NCBI RefSeq assembly: GCF_964204645.1
Contig: NC_134027.1
Location: 21,476,560 to 21,540,559, forward strand
Length of the DNA: 64,000 nucleotides
Reading direction: 5' to 3'
DNA from: Tubulanus polymorphus
Lineage: Eukaryota; Animalia; Nemertea
Shown piece by piece: positions 52,153-64,000 of the stretch. A model generated the notes under the pieces. That model saw nothing but the letters and a program-made list of their open reading frames with translations. It ran no database searches and had not been told where the DNA came from. Position 1 is the stretch's first letter, and the number at the start of each line of letters is the position of its first letter. A program made the position numbers and the translations under genes.

Positions 52153-53235
52153 CTATTGAAGCGCACTGATACCAGACGCGTAGCTTGTGATATGAATTGC
52201 TACTTTTCTGAATTTTACATTCGTAACGCAATACACGATAAAGTTAACCGAAGAATCGATGATAGAAAATCCTAGCGCTATCAGCCTCATCGTGTTAAGT
52301 CGACGGATATATCCTAGACTCATTAAACGGTCAATAAAACCGAAACCTTCGCAAATAATGAACAGCAAAACCACTGACAAAACCATCCTTAAAACCCTCA
52401 TTTCCCTTCGAGACGATTCGTCAGTTACGCCGAGTTTGCGGCGACTGATCCGCCGAAAAAATGTCGCCAGAATTAGAATGACATTGATCACAACTAGAAA
52501 GCAAATCGGTAAAATGACGGTAAGATGCAAAACTAGAATACGCCCGGAAACTTTATAACGCCATGTCGAAAGTTTGTACCGAACAAAATATTTATATTTC
52601 TGAGTTCGCATTGTAATATATGGCCAAATGTCGGGGCAGTTCATGAATCCAAGGCGACGTTGGGGTAAAAATTGAATGAAGTGCCCCCAGAAATCAATCA
52701 CTGAAATAAACGCCATTGCCCATAACGAAACCGTCTTTCTGGGAAAACAACGAGATTTTATTGGAAACAATACGACGATTAACCGCTCTAGACTGAGCAG
52801 TACAGTGCACCAGTTACGCGTCATCTGAAACATGTAGAAAAACGGCGTGGCAAACGAGATGAACATCCAACCGAAATTCCAGTCATTCACTCGAAACAAA
52901 ATACTTCCCAACACGGCGTAAATGTACACAGTTCTCAGAGGATAAAGAACGAACGTAGCTACCATGAACAGAAGGTCGTTTAATGCGAGAATTTTGATGA
53001 GAAAATAATTATCAGATTTAAATTGCTTCAGAACTACCAACGTGAACGCGTTGAATATTATACCCAGTACGGACGCGGGTAGATACCAGCCTAAATATAT
53101 AAGAACATTGAATTTATTAATCCATTTGACTGGATGAGATTCGTAAATCTGGCATCGACTAAGTTTCGGTGTTATCCACGCATCACTTGTCAAGTTACCG
53201 AACAACTCATCACCGCTGTACGACTGATTCGTCAT
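52153..53235 (-). CDS. Intronless class A GPCR (FMRFamide/peptide-receptor-like), ~360 aa
   Basis: 7 TM segments; LALNDL, LSLERL, TM6 LFIICEGF, TM7 DSSVNFIVY; N-glycosylation sequons after the ATG at 53235. Confidence 0.9.
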   Translation of the reverse strand: MTNQSYSGDELFGNLTSDAWITPKLSRCQIYESHPVKWINKFNVLIYLGWYLPASVLGIIFNAFTLVVLKQFKSDNYFLIKILALNDLLFMVATFVLYPLRTVYIYAVLGSILFRVNDWNFGWMFISFATPFFYMFQMTRNWCTVLLSLERLIVVLFPIKSRCFPRKTVSLWAMAFISVIDFWGHFIQFLPQRRLGFMNCPDIWPYITMRTQKYKYFVRYKLSTWRYKVSGRILVLHLTVILPICFLVVINVILILATFFRRISRRKLGVTDESSRREMRVLRMVLSVVLLFIICEGFGFIDRLMSLGYIRRLNTMRLIALGFSIIDSSVNFIVYCVTNVKFRKVAIHITSYASGISALQ

Positions 53236-53689
53236 ATTGTGTGCTTGTTTGAAGAATAGAGAATCGCGGGGTAAATTCAATCAAGAATATAATTAAACTG
53301 TCATTATTCTTGTATGTTCCACTAATCAAAAAGTCCACCAATCCCCGATAACGTATATATTTGCAAACTAGATGGTATGATATGAATTTATTTTCAACAA
53401 TACCTTTTCAAAATTGATGAACAAACAGTATAGTATAAGGTGTCGATGTCGATTTTCGAATATGGTTGAAATATATACAATGAGAATTCGTAACAAAATG
53501 TGCGTAAAGTACAAAATCATAGCGCATGTAAGGAAATGAAGAATATGGACCTTCTTGGAGCGGTTGTGAATCTCATTGGATCGGTGTACGATTTCAAACA
53601 AGGATTAAACCCGCACTGACAATCCATGGCTGTGACTGTTAAACCTGACTTAAACCGACAGGAATGAATATCCAGCGGAGAAATCGGAA

Positions 53690-54320
53690 GAGAATCTTTG
53701 TCTATGGATAGCGGGGTATTTTGGGGATTAAACGGTGAAATAGTAACGACCCGTTTTACATATCGAACTGTAACCGACTAATCTTTCACGATATAAAAGT
53801 TGGTGTTTTAGTTGACTCAACCCCGGGTGCAACTGCTTCTGATATCGAAGTAATTATGAAAAAAACTGAAAATAAAAGAATCGTCAGAGAAAAGTGCCGT
53901 AAAAAATGTTGTGTGTCATTTCGGAACAAATGACATTTCGCGCTTCAAGGATGACCACGAACAGCTAATACTCAACATAACAAAATTAATAAATGTACTA
54001 GAAAACATTTTCCAAACGCCCTGATCCACGTTTCGAGTATACTGCCCATGCCGCGCAAGGGGAAAAGTAAAACCGTCATATCCTGCAATGAGACGTCAAA
54101 GAAGGTTAACTCTTTCATCGAGAAACTGTGTCGGAAAATGGCGTTATGTATATAAACAACGACGAATATTTCTTCCCAAATATGTACATACCGAAATATG
54201 TATATACATATATATGTATATACCGAAATCGTTATTTGCTGTGAACGATAAAGGGGGAATCCACATTGGAATTGAGGGAGCCAAGATTTTAACTAACACA
54301 TTTTTGACGTCTTTTGGGTC
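53690..54320 (+). pseudogene. Degenerate SGNH-hydrolase fragment, probably a LINE ORF1 esterase
   Basis: VVCHFGTNDI (block III), IHVSSILP and DKGGIH motifs across frameshifts and stops. Confidence 0.55.
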
Positions 54321-54608
54321 TATCCAACAGATTCTGAAAGCAATAAACGATCACTGAGCCAATCATCGTCTCTCCATGTGAGCCCTGCGCACAAAAAGAT
54401 AATTATGGAAACTTGTGAAGCTAGCTTTGTATAGATAAATTTTCTCACTTTCATTTTCATGTCCTGTAAATATGTTTCTGAAACCGATTTTCATACGGTT
54501 GGTCAAAATAAAAGGTTTTCTACTTTCATTTAATATTCGTAGGTACGTATTTATGAGGTACATGTAGTTGAAAAGAGGAATGTTTCATATGTAAATCGTA
54601 ATAATTAG

Positions 54609-55006
54609 ACACCAGTATTTCACGCATTGGGGGTTAGCTTCCGCAATGAAAAGCTGTATCCACAACCTGAAAAGTAAGTACGATTGGACATACGGACGGC
54701 ATGAACGTTCTGAGCGAGCTTGTGATTGGAGCCAATGATCTATTTGAATTTTCAGATTTGACCCAGAAAGGTTCTCGAAAGAAAGAGTGAAAGTTCGTCC
54801 AACACACGCATATGAACCGTTTGGATTCGCCGGGGAAAGATCCAGGATTCAGATTCGCACAAAGTGAAAGCTACATTTACATTGCGCGAATTATCAGACA
54901 CTTCGAAATAAAGCTCATTCCCGACCAGGTTATCACACCAGTCTACGGTCTGGTAACCCACCCTAAAAACGAAATATGGATAACTATTGCTAACAGAATT
55001 GAATAA
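54609..55006 (+). pseudogene. Partial CYP20A1 duplicate (last two exons, 54609-54673 and 54756-55006)
   Basis: Homologous to 61148-61212 and 61285-61540; a 5-nt deletion removes the heme Cys codon and shifts the frame. Confidence 0.9.
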
Positions 55007-55293
55007 ACTTCGATCGGATATGTAAAATGTTTTGGAAATACATTAAACAATTTGTTGAAATCAAAGTGGTTCACGCTACTCAAAATAGATGATCGTAATC
55101 TGTAGTCTTGTAATTTGGTAAAATTTGTATAGCGTATTTGCTTGATATGTAACAGAAAATATAATATCTAGAAATCAATGCATCGTCCAGTGTCGGTTGT
55201 TATTTGGGGTTTTTTCGGAATAATGAACATGTTGTGAGGGTTGAAGAAGAGCATACGGGAATCAGGTTTTTATTTTTACATGAATTATGGTAG

Positions 55294-55632
<339 letters not shown>

Positions 55633-56317
55633 TATATATAAGTGTTTATCACCAACTACTACGCACTTACGCGTACTTATTGTAGCAAAGTACTACATAC
55701 ACTGAGTTGAAAACTGTAAAACAAAAATAGTTATTCATAGTCCTTCAAGGCGTTGCTTTGGAAATCAGCTCAACACAATGTTTACTCAAATTACGTACTT
55801 GTAGATTAGGGCGAATCCTTTTCTTGATAGAATCAATGGGATTTTGTACTCCAATTGGTCGAAGGATTGGGAAATTTTCTCAGATTTCAAAACTCCCTGA
55901 TATTTCAGAATTTCGAAACCGGCCAAATTGGACGTACTTAATATTTGAACAAATACCATATATGCATTGTAATACCAGATACCTAAAAAGGACTGATTAT
56001 CAGAATAGGTCTACGTCAAATTGTTTTGAATATACGGTATTAATGACCAGAATTATAGCATGTGTGGATCGAAAGCGCTCTACTATAGCTCAGTGCATCT
56101 GCCGTGTACCTACAACTGCGTGCTTAGATACACGATGTACATACAAATATATAGTAATATCAAATGCATTAAAAACAAAAAATAAAAATTGCCCTACATA
56201 CACAAGCTGCGGAAATCTCATCAATCAAAGCCTTTTAGTGAAATGAACAACCCGATATGGCTGACTCGAGTTAGACGTATATGAGATATCCGCGAATGAA
56301 CTCACAGCTACATCGCG

Positions 56318-59300
56318 ATGTTTGATTTGATGATATTATTCGCTGTATTTGTAGCAAGCATTATTGCATTCTGCTGTTTTCATAAGGTATGTTCACAATC
56401 AGGAACAAGTCCCATTGAGGTGAGTTGTAAAAAAGACTAATCTAAGTTTAGCTGATACGTAAGTATATGTATTACTATCAATGTTTTGAACTAATGAATG
56501 TGCGTCACCACAAAAAAAAACAGTACGGATAATCTTCGAGATCATTCTGCTATTCGTGCTTAGATCGCCATGGTTTGTTTATTACAATGACTGTTAAAAG
56601 ATGATGCTTATTGTTCATTTCAGAAGGCTAAATGGCAATCAACTGTCCCAGGATTGAAGCCATCCGATCCTAAGTAAGACAATTTACTTACAACTTGTTT
56701 GAATTACGCGGAAAACGGATCCATCGCCCCGAATTCCGCTAAAAAGCTTTTTTCCAATACTTTAGTCTCAATTTTCGATCTTTGGATTTGCAGTGTTGGT
56801 TTACTTTATTTCGCCCATTTCACACAGATGTCAATTTATATAATCAATTGATTTTTGATGTCTCAGGAAGAGCTCTACTATATTTTCATTGGCTTTCTTT
56901 TTTTAATTTTTTTCCCTAAGACTCCATGTGGAATACTAATCGACTGATGGATTCGGTAAAATTAATTTCCCTGTTCTCCCTGTTTAAATTAAGTCAAGTA
57001 ATTAAAATGCCAATAACTGGGGGTAGACTTATAGTAAACCTGAAAATAGCTCTTCTTACTTTTCGAATCTTTCATCTTAGTTCAAGCATGATTTGATCAT
57101 CTACATATTCTGAAAATTTTACCGTATATCAGATAATACGACGTAAATAAATTATCGCCCAAATTAACTAAATTGACTGATTCGTTTGTTCAAGAGAAGG
57201 AAATTTGGCGGATATTGCGAAAGCCGGTAGTCTCCATGAATTTCTGCTAGAAACCCACAAAAAATTTGGACCGATTGTATCTTTCTGGATCAGAGAAACG
57301 ATGGCTATAAGCATCTCCACCCCAGAACTATTTTCCGAACATGGGACATACTTTGACCGACCTCGTAAGTCTCGGAAAATATTCTATAAATTAAATGGCC
57401 TTTAAGACTGAGTCTGTTGTATGAGAGCAATTTTGGTTTTTTTAGCTCAGATGTACAAAAGCTTTCTACCTTTAATTGGTGCAAAGTCAATAGTTTATAC
57501 CAACGGTACGGAAGGTCGTCAAAGGAGAAAACTTTATGATAGCTGTTACAGTCACCAGGAAGTTAATTCATTGTACCCACTTTTTAACGAGGTAAATCAT
57601 TGAAATATCGTTATGAGTTATATTTCTCATCGTTTCGACGAAAGATATTTGCATGTCTTCCGAGTCTGGCGAAAAGTCTTTGTGTACTATTTCATGGTAG
57701 GCTACACATTAATCTGTTATAATATATGAATAGAATATGAATTAACCAAAACTATTTTTCTCCAGATAGTTGGGGAATTGATTGAAAAATGGAGTGCAAA
57801 GGTTGATGGGCAACATATTCCTGCTTTGAGTGCCATGACTGCACTGACTTTGAAATCCATTACGCGAGGGAGTTTTGGAGATTATTTCAAAGATGAGGAA
57901 CAGATAACGGCATTCACAGAATGTTTTGATACTGTAAGTAACATTTCGTAGAAAATTAACCCGTCTGATAGATACCATCCGATCATTTTTAGCCCACTTG
58001 GAAGTTTAGTCCCAGCGGGCTATTGCGTTAGCTTTTCGTCCGTCCGTCCGTCCGTTCGTTCGTCCGTCCGTAGACGGAATCCAGTTATTTTGGGAAGTTT
58101 TGAAGACGCTTCAAGGTATGTCTTGATATTTGGTTTATACATGGATCTACCCCAGGCACATCTTCGCCAAAATCAGCACTTTTTACACATTTTCGATGTC
58201 ATTGGTTTTTGTATATGGCCACCAGGGAGCGTTGAACAATACAATAACATAGTATTTCTATATGATATTCGTACCTATGCATATTTTGCTACCACAATCA
58301 ATTGGAAAGTTGTAGCTCATGACATAGTCTAGGATCGTGGTGAGTTTTAGGGTCATTGGTTTTTGCATATGGCCACCAGGTAGCGTTGAACAATGCAATA
58401 ACTTAGTATTTCTTCATTATATCCGTACCTATGCATATTTTGTTACCACAATCAATTGGTCAGTTGTAGCTCATGACATGGTCTATGATTGTTGTGAGTT
58501 TCAAGGAAATTAGTTATTCTATTAGTCAGTCACTAGGGAGCGTTGAATAGTAGAATAACTTAGAATTTCCTTATTATATTGGTACCTAGGTATATTTTGT
58601 TACCATGATCGATTGCAAAGTTGTAGCTCATGACATGTTCTATGATTATGGTGAGTTTCAAGGTAATTGGGCTTCGCATATGGTCACCAGGGGGCGTTGA
58701 ATAGTAGAATAACTTAGTATTTCATATCATATTGGTAACTAGGCATGTTTTGTTATCACAATAAATTACAAAATTGTTGCTGCTGAAATGTTCTATGATT
58801 GTGGCGAGTTTCAAGGTCATTGGATGGGTTATTGAATATTTAAATTGTTAGATTGTTGAGCATCTGAAACCACTTCCCAAGTGGGCATGGTGTTCCTGGA
58901 CCCCTAGTTTTTTTCATGTCTTTAGTCCTGGGCTAAAATGGAGCACACCCTTTCCTCTGTACCACCGGTGCCTGGGAGTGCTGAAGAGAAACATTTCAAA
59001 TCAGGTACCTGCAGTCACCATATTAATAAGGTTTTGATTACACTTCAGGATCCAGTTCCACGGTTGTCAGTTAGAGTTAACTCTGAGGTAAGATTAGTTC
59101 ATTTTCAAAGAGTTAACTCAGAGTCAAATCTTAACACCGAACTGTTGAACTGGGTCCTGTAGATAAAATATCTCCTTCTATAATTATCTCGTGATGTTTA
59201 ACAGCTCTTGGAAAGTTGAAATCAATGGTTGCAGAAATAGTAGAATACCGCCGTAATAACCCAGCTACTGATGGAAGACGCCTTCTTATAGATGTTATAC

Positions 59301-61540
59301 TTGAATCTGATGATGATGACCAGATCACTTCTGATTCCATGACATTTTTTACTGGAGGCTTTCATACTACTGCATCAAGTGAGTCTTTTTTTGTAATGAC
59401 CGATCAGACTCAATTAAACACAATTTACCTCTCATCGATTTTGTTGATTGATTTGATATATTCCTATTGGTGTGTCCCTTGCAAACAGCGCCTCATCTGG
59501 AAACGAAGCAGAAGGTTTGACTTTGAAATCGGTACTCGAAATTTATACGTAATTTTGTTTGTGTAGTAAAGCTATATTTTCAACTGGATGTAGCGAGCTT
59601 AGTTGTAGAATGATTCTCCAATAATAAAAAAGACCATTTAAAGCACCGATCACTTATGTTTGATTATTGAGCAACATTATTTCACGCATATATAGACACA
59701 GAAGTGATGAATAAGTTTTTATTGCAGTGATGACATGGGCATTGTTTTTCCTGGCAGAAAATACCGATGTACAAGAAAAGCTATTTAAAGAATTGGCAAG
59801 GACATTGGATAAAAATGAAGACATGACTCCTGATTTGATCGAAGAGATGCCGTGAGTATTTTTACCCATTCAGCATTGTATGGACACTAAGATAAAATAT
59901 AACATTGATAGGTCTTCTACGTACCGTGATTTTTGGCACCACGTACGATGTTACCATGTATTATACTTTCGGGGAAAGGGGTACTTTTGTCTATCACCAC
60001 TGTATTCCTGAACAATACCCGGATCTGCACCTTGTTTGAAGACATTTTCACGTATCAATTTTCAGATACTTGCGACAAGTTATCGATGAAACTTTGCGCC
60101 TAGCTGTCATATCCCCTACTGCTGCCCGTTACAAACCAGATACCGACATCATGCTGGGTGGCTATATTGTTCCACAAGGAGTGAGTAATTTACTTTAAAG
60201 ATTTCTATAGCCCACTTGGGACATTAGTCCCAGCGATCTATTGCAGTCACATTTCGTCCGCCTATCCGTCTGTATTTCGGGAAGTTTTGAAGATGCTTCA
60301 ATAGATTGTATCGATATTTGGTTTATATATCTACCCAACACATCTTCCGAGGACATCTCTGATCAGAATCCAGATGGCTGCCTGGCGGCCATTTTTGCAT
60401 ACCGAAATTAGCACTTTTTGCACATTTTTGAAATTTTCGAAGGAAATTCTGAAAGTGTTTCAATTAGTTATCTTGATCCCTCATATATATTTGTTTCCCC
60501 CAGGGCCCATCAGCATGAAAAAATAGGTTCGATCGGACACTAGCTAGCTGCCTGTTAGCGGCGTGTTAGCGGCAAAAGCTATTTTTGGCTTGAATTCCAA
60601 GACCTGTAGCTTCCCAATGGTTAACCACTTTCATTGAAATTCGTTATGGGTATATGGGTATACTTTCGGAAAGGATCTCTAACATATCAGACGTGTTTTT
60701 GATTAGCAAATTGTCACGTTATTTGCGGCCATCAGTCCTCATTTGTAGGTAGAATGAGGTTTTTTGCAGAAAATTTCTACAGGTTTTAACTTGATAATTG
60801 TTACCATTGTCATATAATTCATTCTCTCACATGGAATTGAAGTTATCCAGTTTTTGTTCTCACCACCATGGCAGTTGAATATTGAAATACATTCAATTGT
60901 CTATCTATATTGGTTCCTTGATCGATTGCAAAATTGTAGCTCATGACATTATCTATGAATGTGGTCAGTTTCAAGGTCTTTGTCGTCAGGGCGTTGAATA
61001 GCCGAATTACTTAGTACATGTATTTTCATATTGTATTGGTACTCAAGAATAGGATCGTTGGGCATCATTTTAAACCACGTCCCTGGACCCCTGGTTAAAA
61101 TACGGTACGTAGTTAAATAGAGAAATGATGTAATCTATCAATTTTAGACACCAGTACTTCACTCATTTGGGGTTTGCTTCCGAGATGAAAAGTTATATCC
61201 ACAGCCTCAAATGTAAGTATTATGATGGATATATACGTCCCAGCTTCAGTAAAGAGCCAATAATGTTTTTGTATACATTTTTAGATTCGATCCAGAGAGA
61301 TTCTCGAAAGAACGAGTGAAAGCTCGTCCAACACACGCGTTTGAACCATTTGGATTTGCCGGGAAAAGAAAATGTCCAGGATTCAGATTTACACAAAGTG
61401 AAAGCTACATTTACATTGCACGAATTATCAGATACTTCGAAATAAAGCTTGTTCCCGACCAGGTTATCACTCCAGTCTACGGTATGATAACCCGTCCTAA
61501 TAACGAAATATGGATAACTATTGCTGAAAGAAATGAATAA
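56318..61540 (+). CDS. CYP20A1: Cytochrome P450 20A1-like, 11 exons, 471 aa (56318-56386, 56624-56673, 57195-57364, 57446-57591, 57766-57933, 58926-59004, 59205-59378, 59728-59851, 60066-60180, 61148-61212, 61285-61540)
   Basis: All introns GT-AG with consistent phases; N-terminal anchor; GNLADI...GSLHEFL; I-helix GGFHTTA; ETLR; DPERF; heme motif FEPFGFAGKRKCPG typical of CYP20. Confidence 0.92.
57986..58914 (+). mobile_element. Helentron-associated (HINE/DINE-1-like) element with internal ~155-bp tandem array; relatives at 60208-61093 and 36553-36630
   Basis: T-tract ends; sub-TIRs GCCCACTTGG / CCAAGTGGGC; (GTCC)n microsatellite; about four tandem units; 3' CCTGGACCCCT shared between copies. 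Confidence 0.7.
59046..59159. mobile_element. Harbinger-like MITE in a CYP20 intron
   Basis: TIRs CAGGATCCAGTTC / GAACTGGGTCCTG; internal GAGTTAACTC palindromes. Confidence 0.7.
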
Positions 61541-62067
61541 TATACATATGTACTGTTGATTCTATATGTAAAAAAATTTGGATATGTATTATACATTATG
61601 TTCAAATTGATCTATTATACATTATGTTCAAATTGATTCAAACGCCTCAAAGCAAACGATCTTTTAAGATTCGTATTCTTATTATTTGTGTAGAACTGTT
61701 TGAAATGGATTGCTTGAAATGCAACCGAAAATATAATTTCTAAAAATCAGTGTTTTGTCAGTGTTGGGTATTATCGCAACAATGGGGACCTCGAGGGACC
61801 GCCAAAAAATGGCGCCTAGAAACTGGAAACTTCTTTATTGAGTTCATCTTCACCGTGTTGACCGTCGTTTCTGGTATCGCATACGCGATGGTCACTGATG
61901 CATCGCTGATCATTCATTACATTTAAACTGTCATGATTTACAACCGTTATAGCAGTTAATTCTTCACCAGTAACATTATAGGAACTTAGAACGGAATGCG
62001 CTACATCCGTGGCATTGTCAATCTTTTGATAATGTTATCTCATCCCTGGTAACAATTGGTTCAATTT

Positions 62068-63400
62068 TTAGGATTCTGCCATTTCCGCCATCTGCCAGTA
62101 TAGCATCATATTGAGGTCCGTATCGGAATGTTTGAATGAATACTTATATTTTACATCAGTGGTTATTATATCTATCGCACCATTGATCACAAAGCACATT
62201 GCTCTTGCAGTGTGGATGAGCAAAGTTTCAGCATGCAAAGTCGTAAGTATCTGGTAGCAGCATCCCTTTAGACCGGTCCACCCACTAAGGCACTTTGAAT
62301 TGACTCCTTCGGAAATCATACGACAAACATTATTGTCTGCATTATCTTCATTTGATACATTAACGTTACTATTGTTAGTTATTGAATATTCCTTTTCACA
62401 AATAAAAGTCGTATGAGTTTCTTCGATTTGACACGGGAATCGAAGCCAATTTGCTGATCCTCGTAGATTATTCAATGTCATCGCAGTACACGGCATATTG
62501 ATATCATTTATCGGTTGTTTACGAAGAGGAGGTATCAATCATCGAATAACTTCTGGTGTCGTCTCGTTACCAGAAGGTCTAAACCATCCCGTGTAGGTCA
62601 ATGGTATTCCATCAGTCCACGTGTAGTAACCTTAATTGTGCGAAGTAGGCATGAAACACGTGACAACATTAAGAGCAGAGTATAGTTATGAATTCGAATA
62701 TACATTTTTTACGTTCAATAAAAAATAAATTCAATACAAAGGGACTTTTTTAAGAACATATCTGTTAAATATCTGAGTTTATCAATGTATATGTTCATTA
62801 GTGTATCATTGGTTGTAAATCTCATTGAATACTGACTACATCGTGTGACATGTACTTTCAAAACCATATTTAGAAGTCCCTGCCATCTCAATCCAATCAT
62901 GATTATAAGCGCCGGTAATGAGTATGCCTTCAACATTAGTTCTGTCGCAAAAATCTTCATCAGTCCACGTGTAGTAATCTTAATTGTGCGAAGTAGGCAT
63001 GAAACACGTGACAACATTAAGAGCAAAGTATAGTTATGAATTCGAATATACATTTTTTACGTTCAATAAAAAATAAATTCAATACAAATGGACTTTTTTA
63101 AGAACATATCTGTTAAATATCTGAGTTTATCAATGTATATGTTCATTAGTGTATCATTGGTTGTAAATCTCATTGAATACTGACTACATCGTGTGACATG
63201 TACTTTCAAAACCATATTTAGAAGTCCCAGCAAACTCAATCCAATCATGATTATAAGCGCCGGTAATGAGTATGCCTTCAACATTAGTTCTGTCGCAAAA
63301 ATCTTTTTTACAGCCAGCATTTCATGTTCAGACCTAATGCTGAGTAGATGTCCTCCTTTCTGTCAAAAGTAAAATTCTGCATTCTCCCAATTCCGACGTC
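62068..63400 (-). pseudogene. C-type lectin-domain gene fragments, disrupted
   Basis: GHLLSIRSEHE, MIGL, YTWTDGIPLTYTGW, PCTAM...WLRFPC...FICEK, then CLSGW...CCYQ; broken by frameshift, stop and tandem duplication. Confidence 0.6.
62610..63305. repeat. Tandem duplication, 2 x 348 bp
   Basis: 62610-62957 matches 62958-63305. Confidence 0.92.
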
Positions 63401-63694
63401 CATGCATGATGTAAATAATACAAGAAACCCCAGAATCTAGAAACTCTGCTCTACGGCCATTATTGCGATGTGTCTTTATAGGGGATTATTCTAATGTACA
63501 TGTATATAAAAATGTATGTAAAAAGCTTCTGTAATAATATCCAACTTAACACGCCGCCACAAGATTTTTAAAAATCTTACTCACCCAGGGGTAGTTGACT
63601 TGTATATCACCTTTGAATATAGACTTCACTTTAAATTCAATTTCACATCATTTTATTCTTAAAACACAGGTTTCATAGAAGAAAGATATAGTCT

Positions 63695-63804
63695 CAGGGG
63701 CCAGTTGCACAGTCGTGACTTAAGTCTAAAAGTGGTCTTAAATCTCAAGACTGGTCTTAAGTTGTTAGATTAAGTCTAAGCCATGACTGTGCAACTGGCC
63801 CCTG
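63695..63804. mobile_element. Harbinger-like MITE
   Basis: TIRs CAGGGGCCAGTTGCACAGTC / GACTGTGCAACTGGCCCCTG. Confidence 0.85.
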
Positions 63805-64000
63805 GAAACATTTTGAAATTTGTCAGTTATAACCATGGTTTCTCATTGTTACTATGGTGGTCACCCAAAATTGAGGATTTACCCCTAGGGATAACTTTGA
63901 TACTCAGTCTATGAAACCGGGCCATAAGCATACTGGAGTTCCAGCCGTCATAGATACGAACAGATCAGCGTGATTTACTCTGAATTCTAACTGTATGATA

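Noticed and set aside
55758-56246. 162-aa ORF upstream of CYP20A1
   Set aside because: TTG start, no motif, lies in the promoter region; likely chance

Overview
AT-rich, intron-containing animal genomic DNA, probably an invertebrate. The repeat families and GPCR types look lophotrochozoan, but the host cannot be fixed from this window. 1-13.5 kb is a nest of transposon remnants: Mutator-like non-autonomous elements, MITEs, a frameshifted piggyBac, and a CR1/L2-group LINE interrupted by a deleted BEL/Pao LTR element. 13.6-24.3 kb holds two intronless rhodopsin-family GPCR paralogs and a GPCR remnant. The main result is a peptide-neurotoxin cluster at about 26-51 kb that the ORF track largely misses because the genes are split into tiny exons. 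It contains two 3-exon ShK-fold (Kv-blocker-like) prepropeptide genes with hypervariable mature domains, and two identical 3-exon genes for a sea-anemone-type Nav toxin (mature [48 protein letters not shown]). It also holds four pseudogene copies of a second Nav-toxin paralog, an orphan ShK exon and two tRNA-Pro genes, arranged by an inverted duplication, a non-autonomous LTR insertion and a near-perfect 9.3-kb tandem duplication. The right end has a third GPCR, an 11-exon CYP20A1-like gene with a partial dead duplicate, and C-type lectin fragments. Reference toxin sequences cited are recalled from memory, not from a database search.
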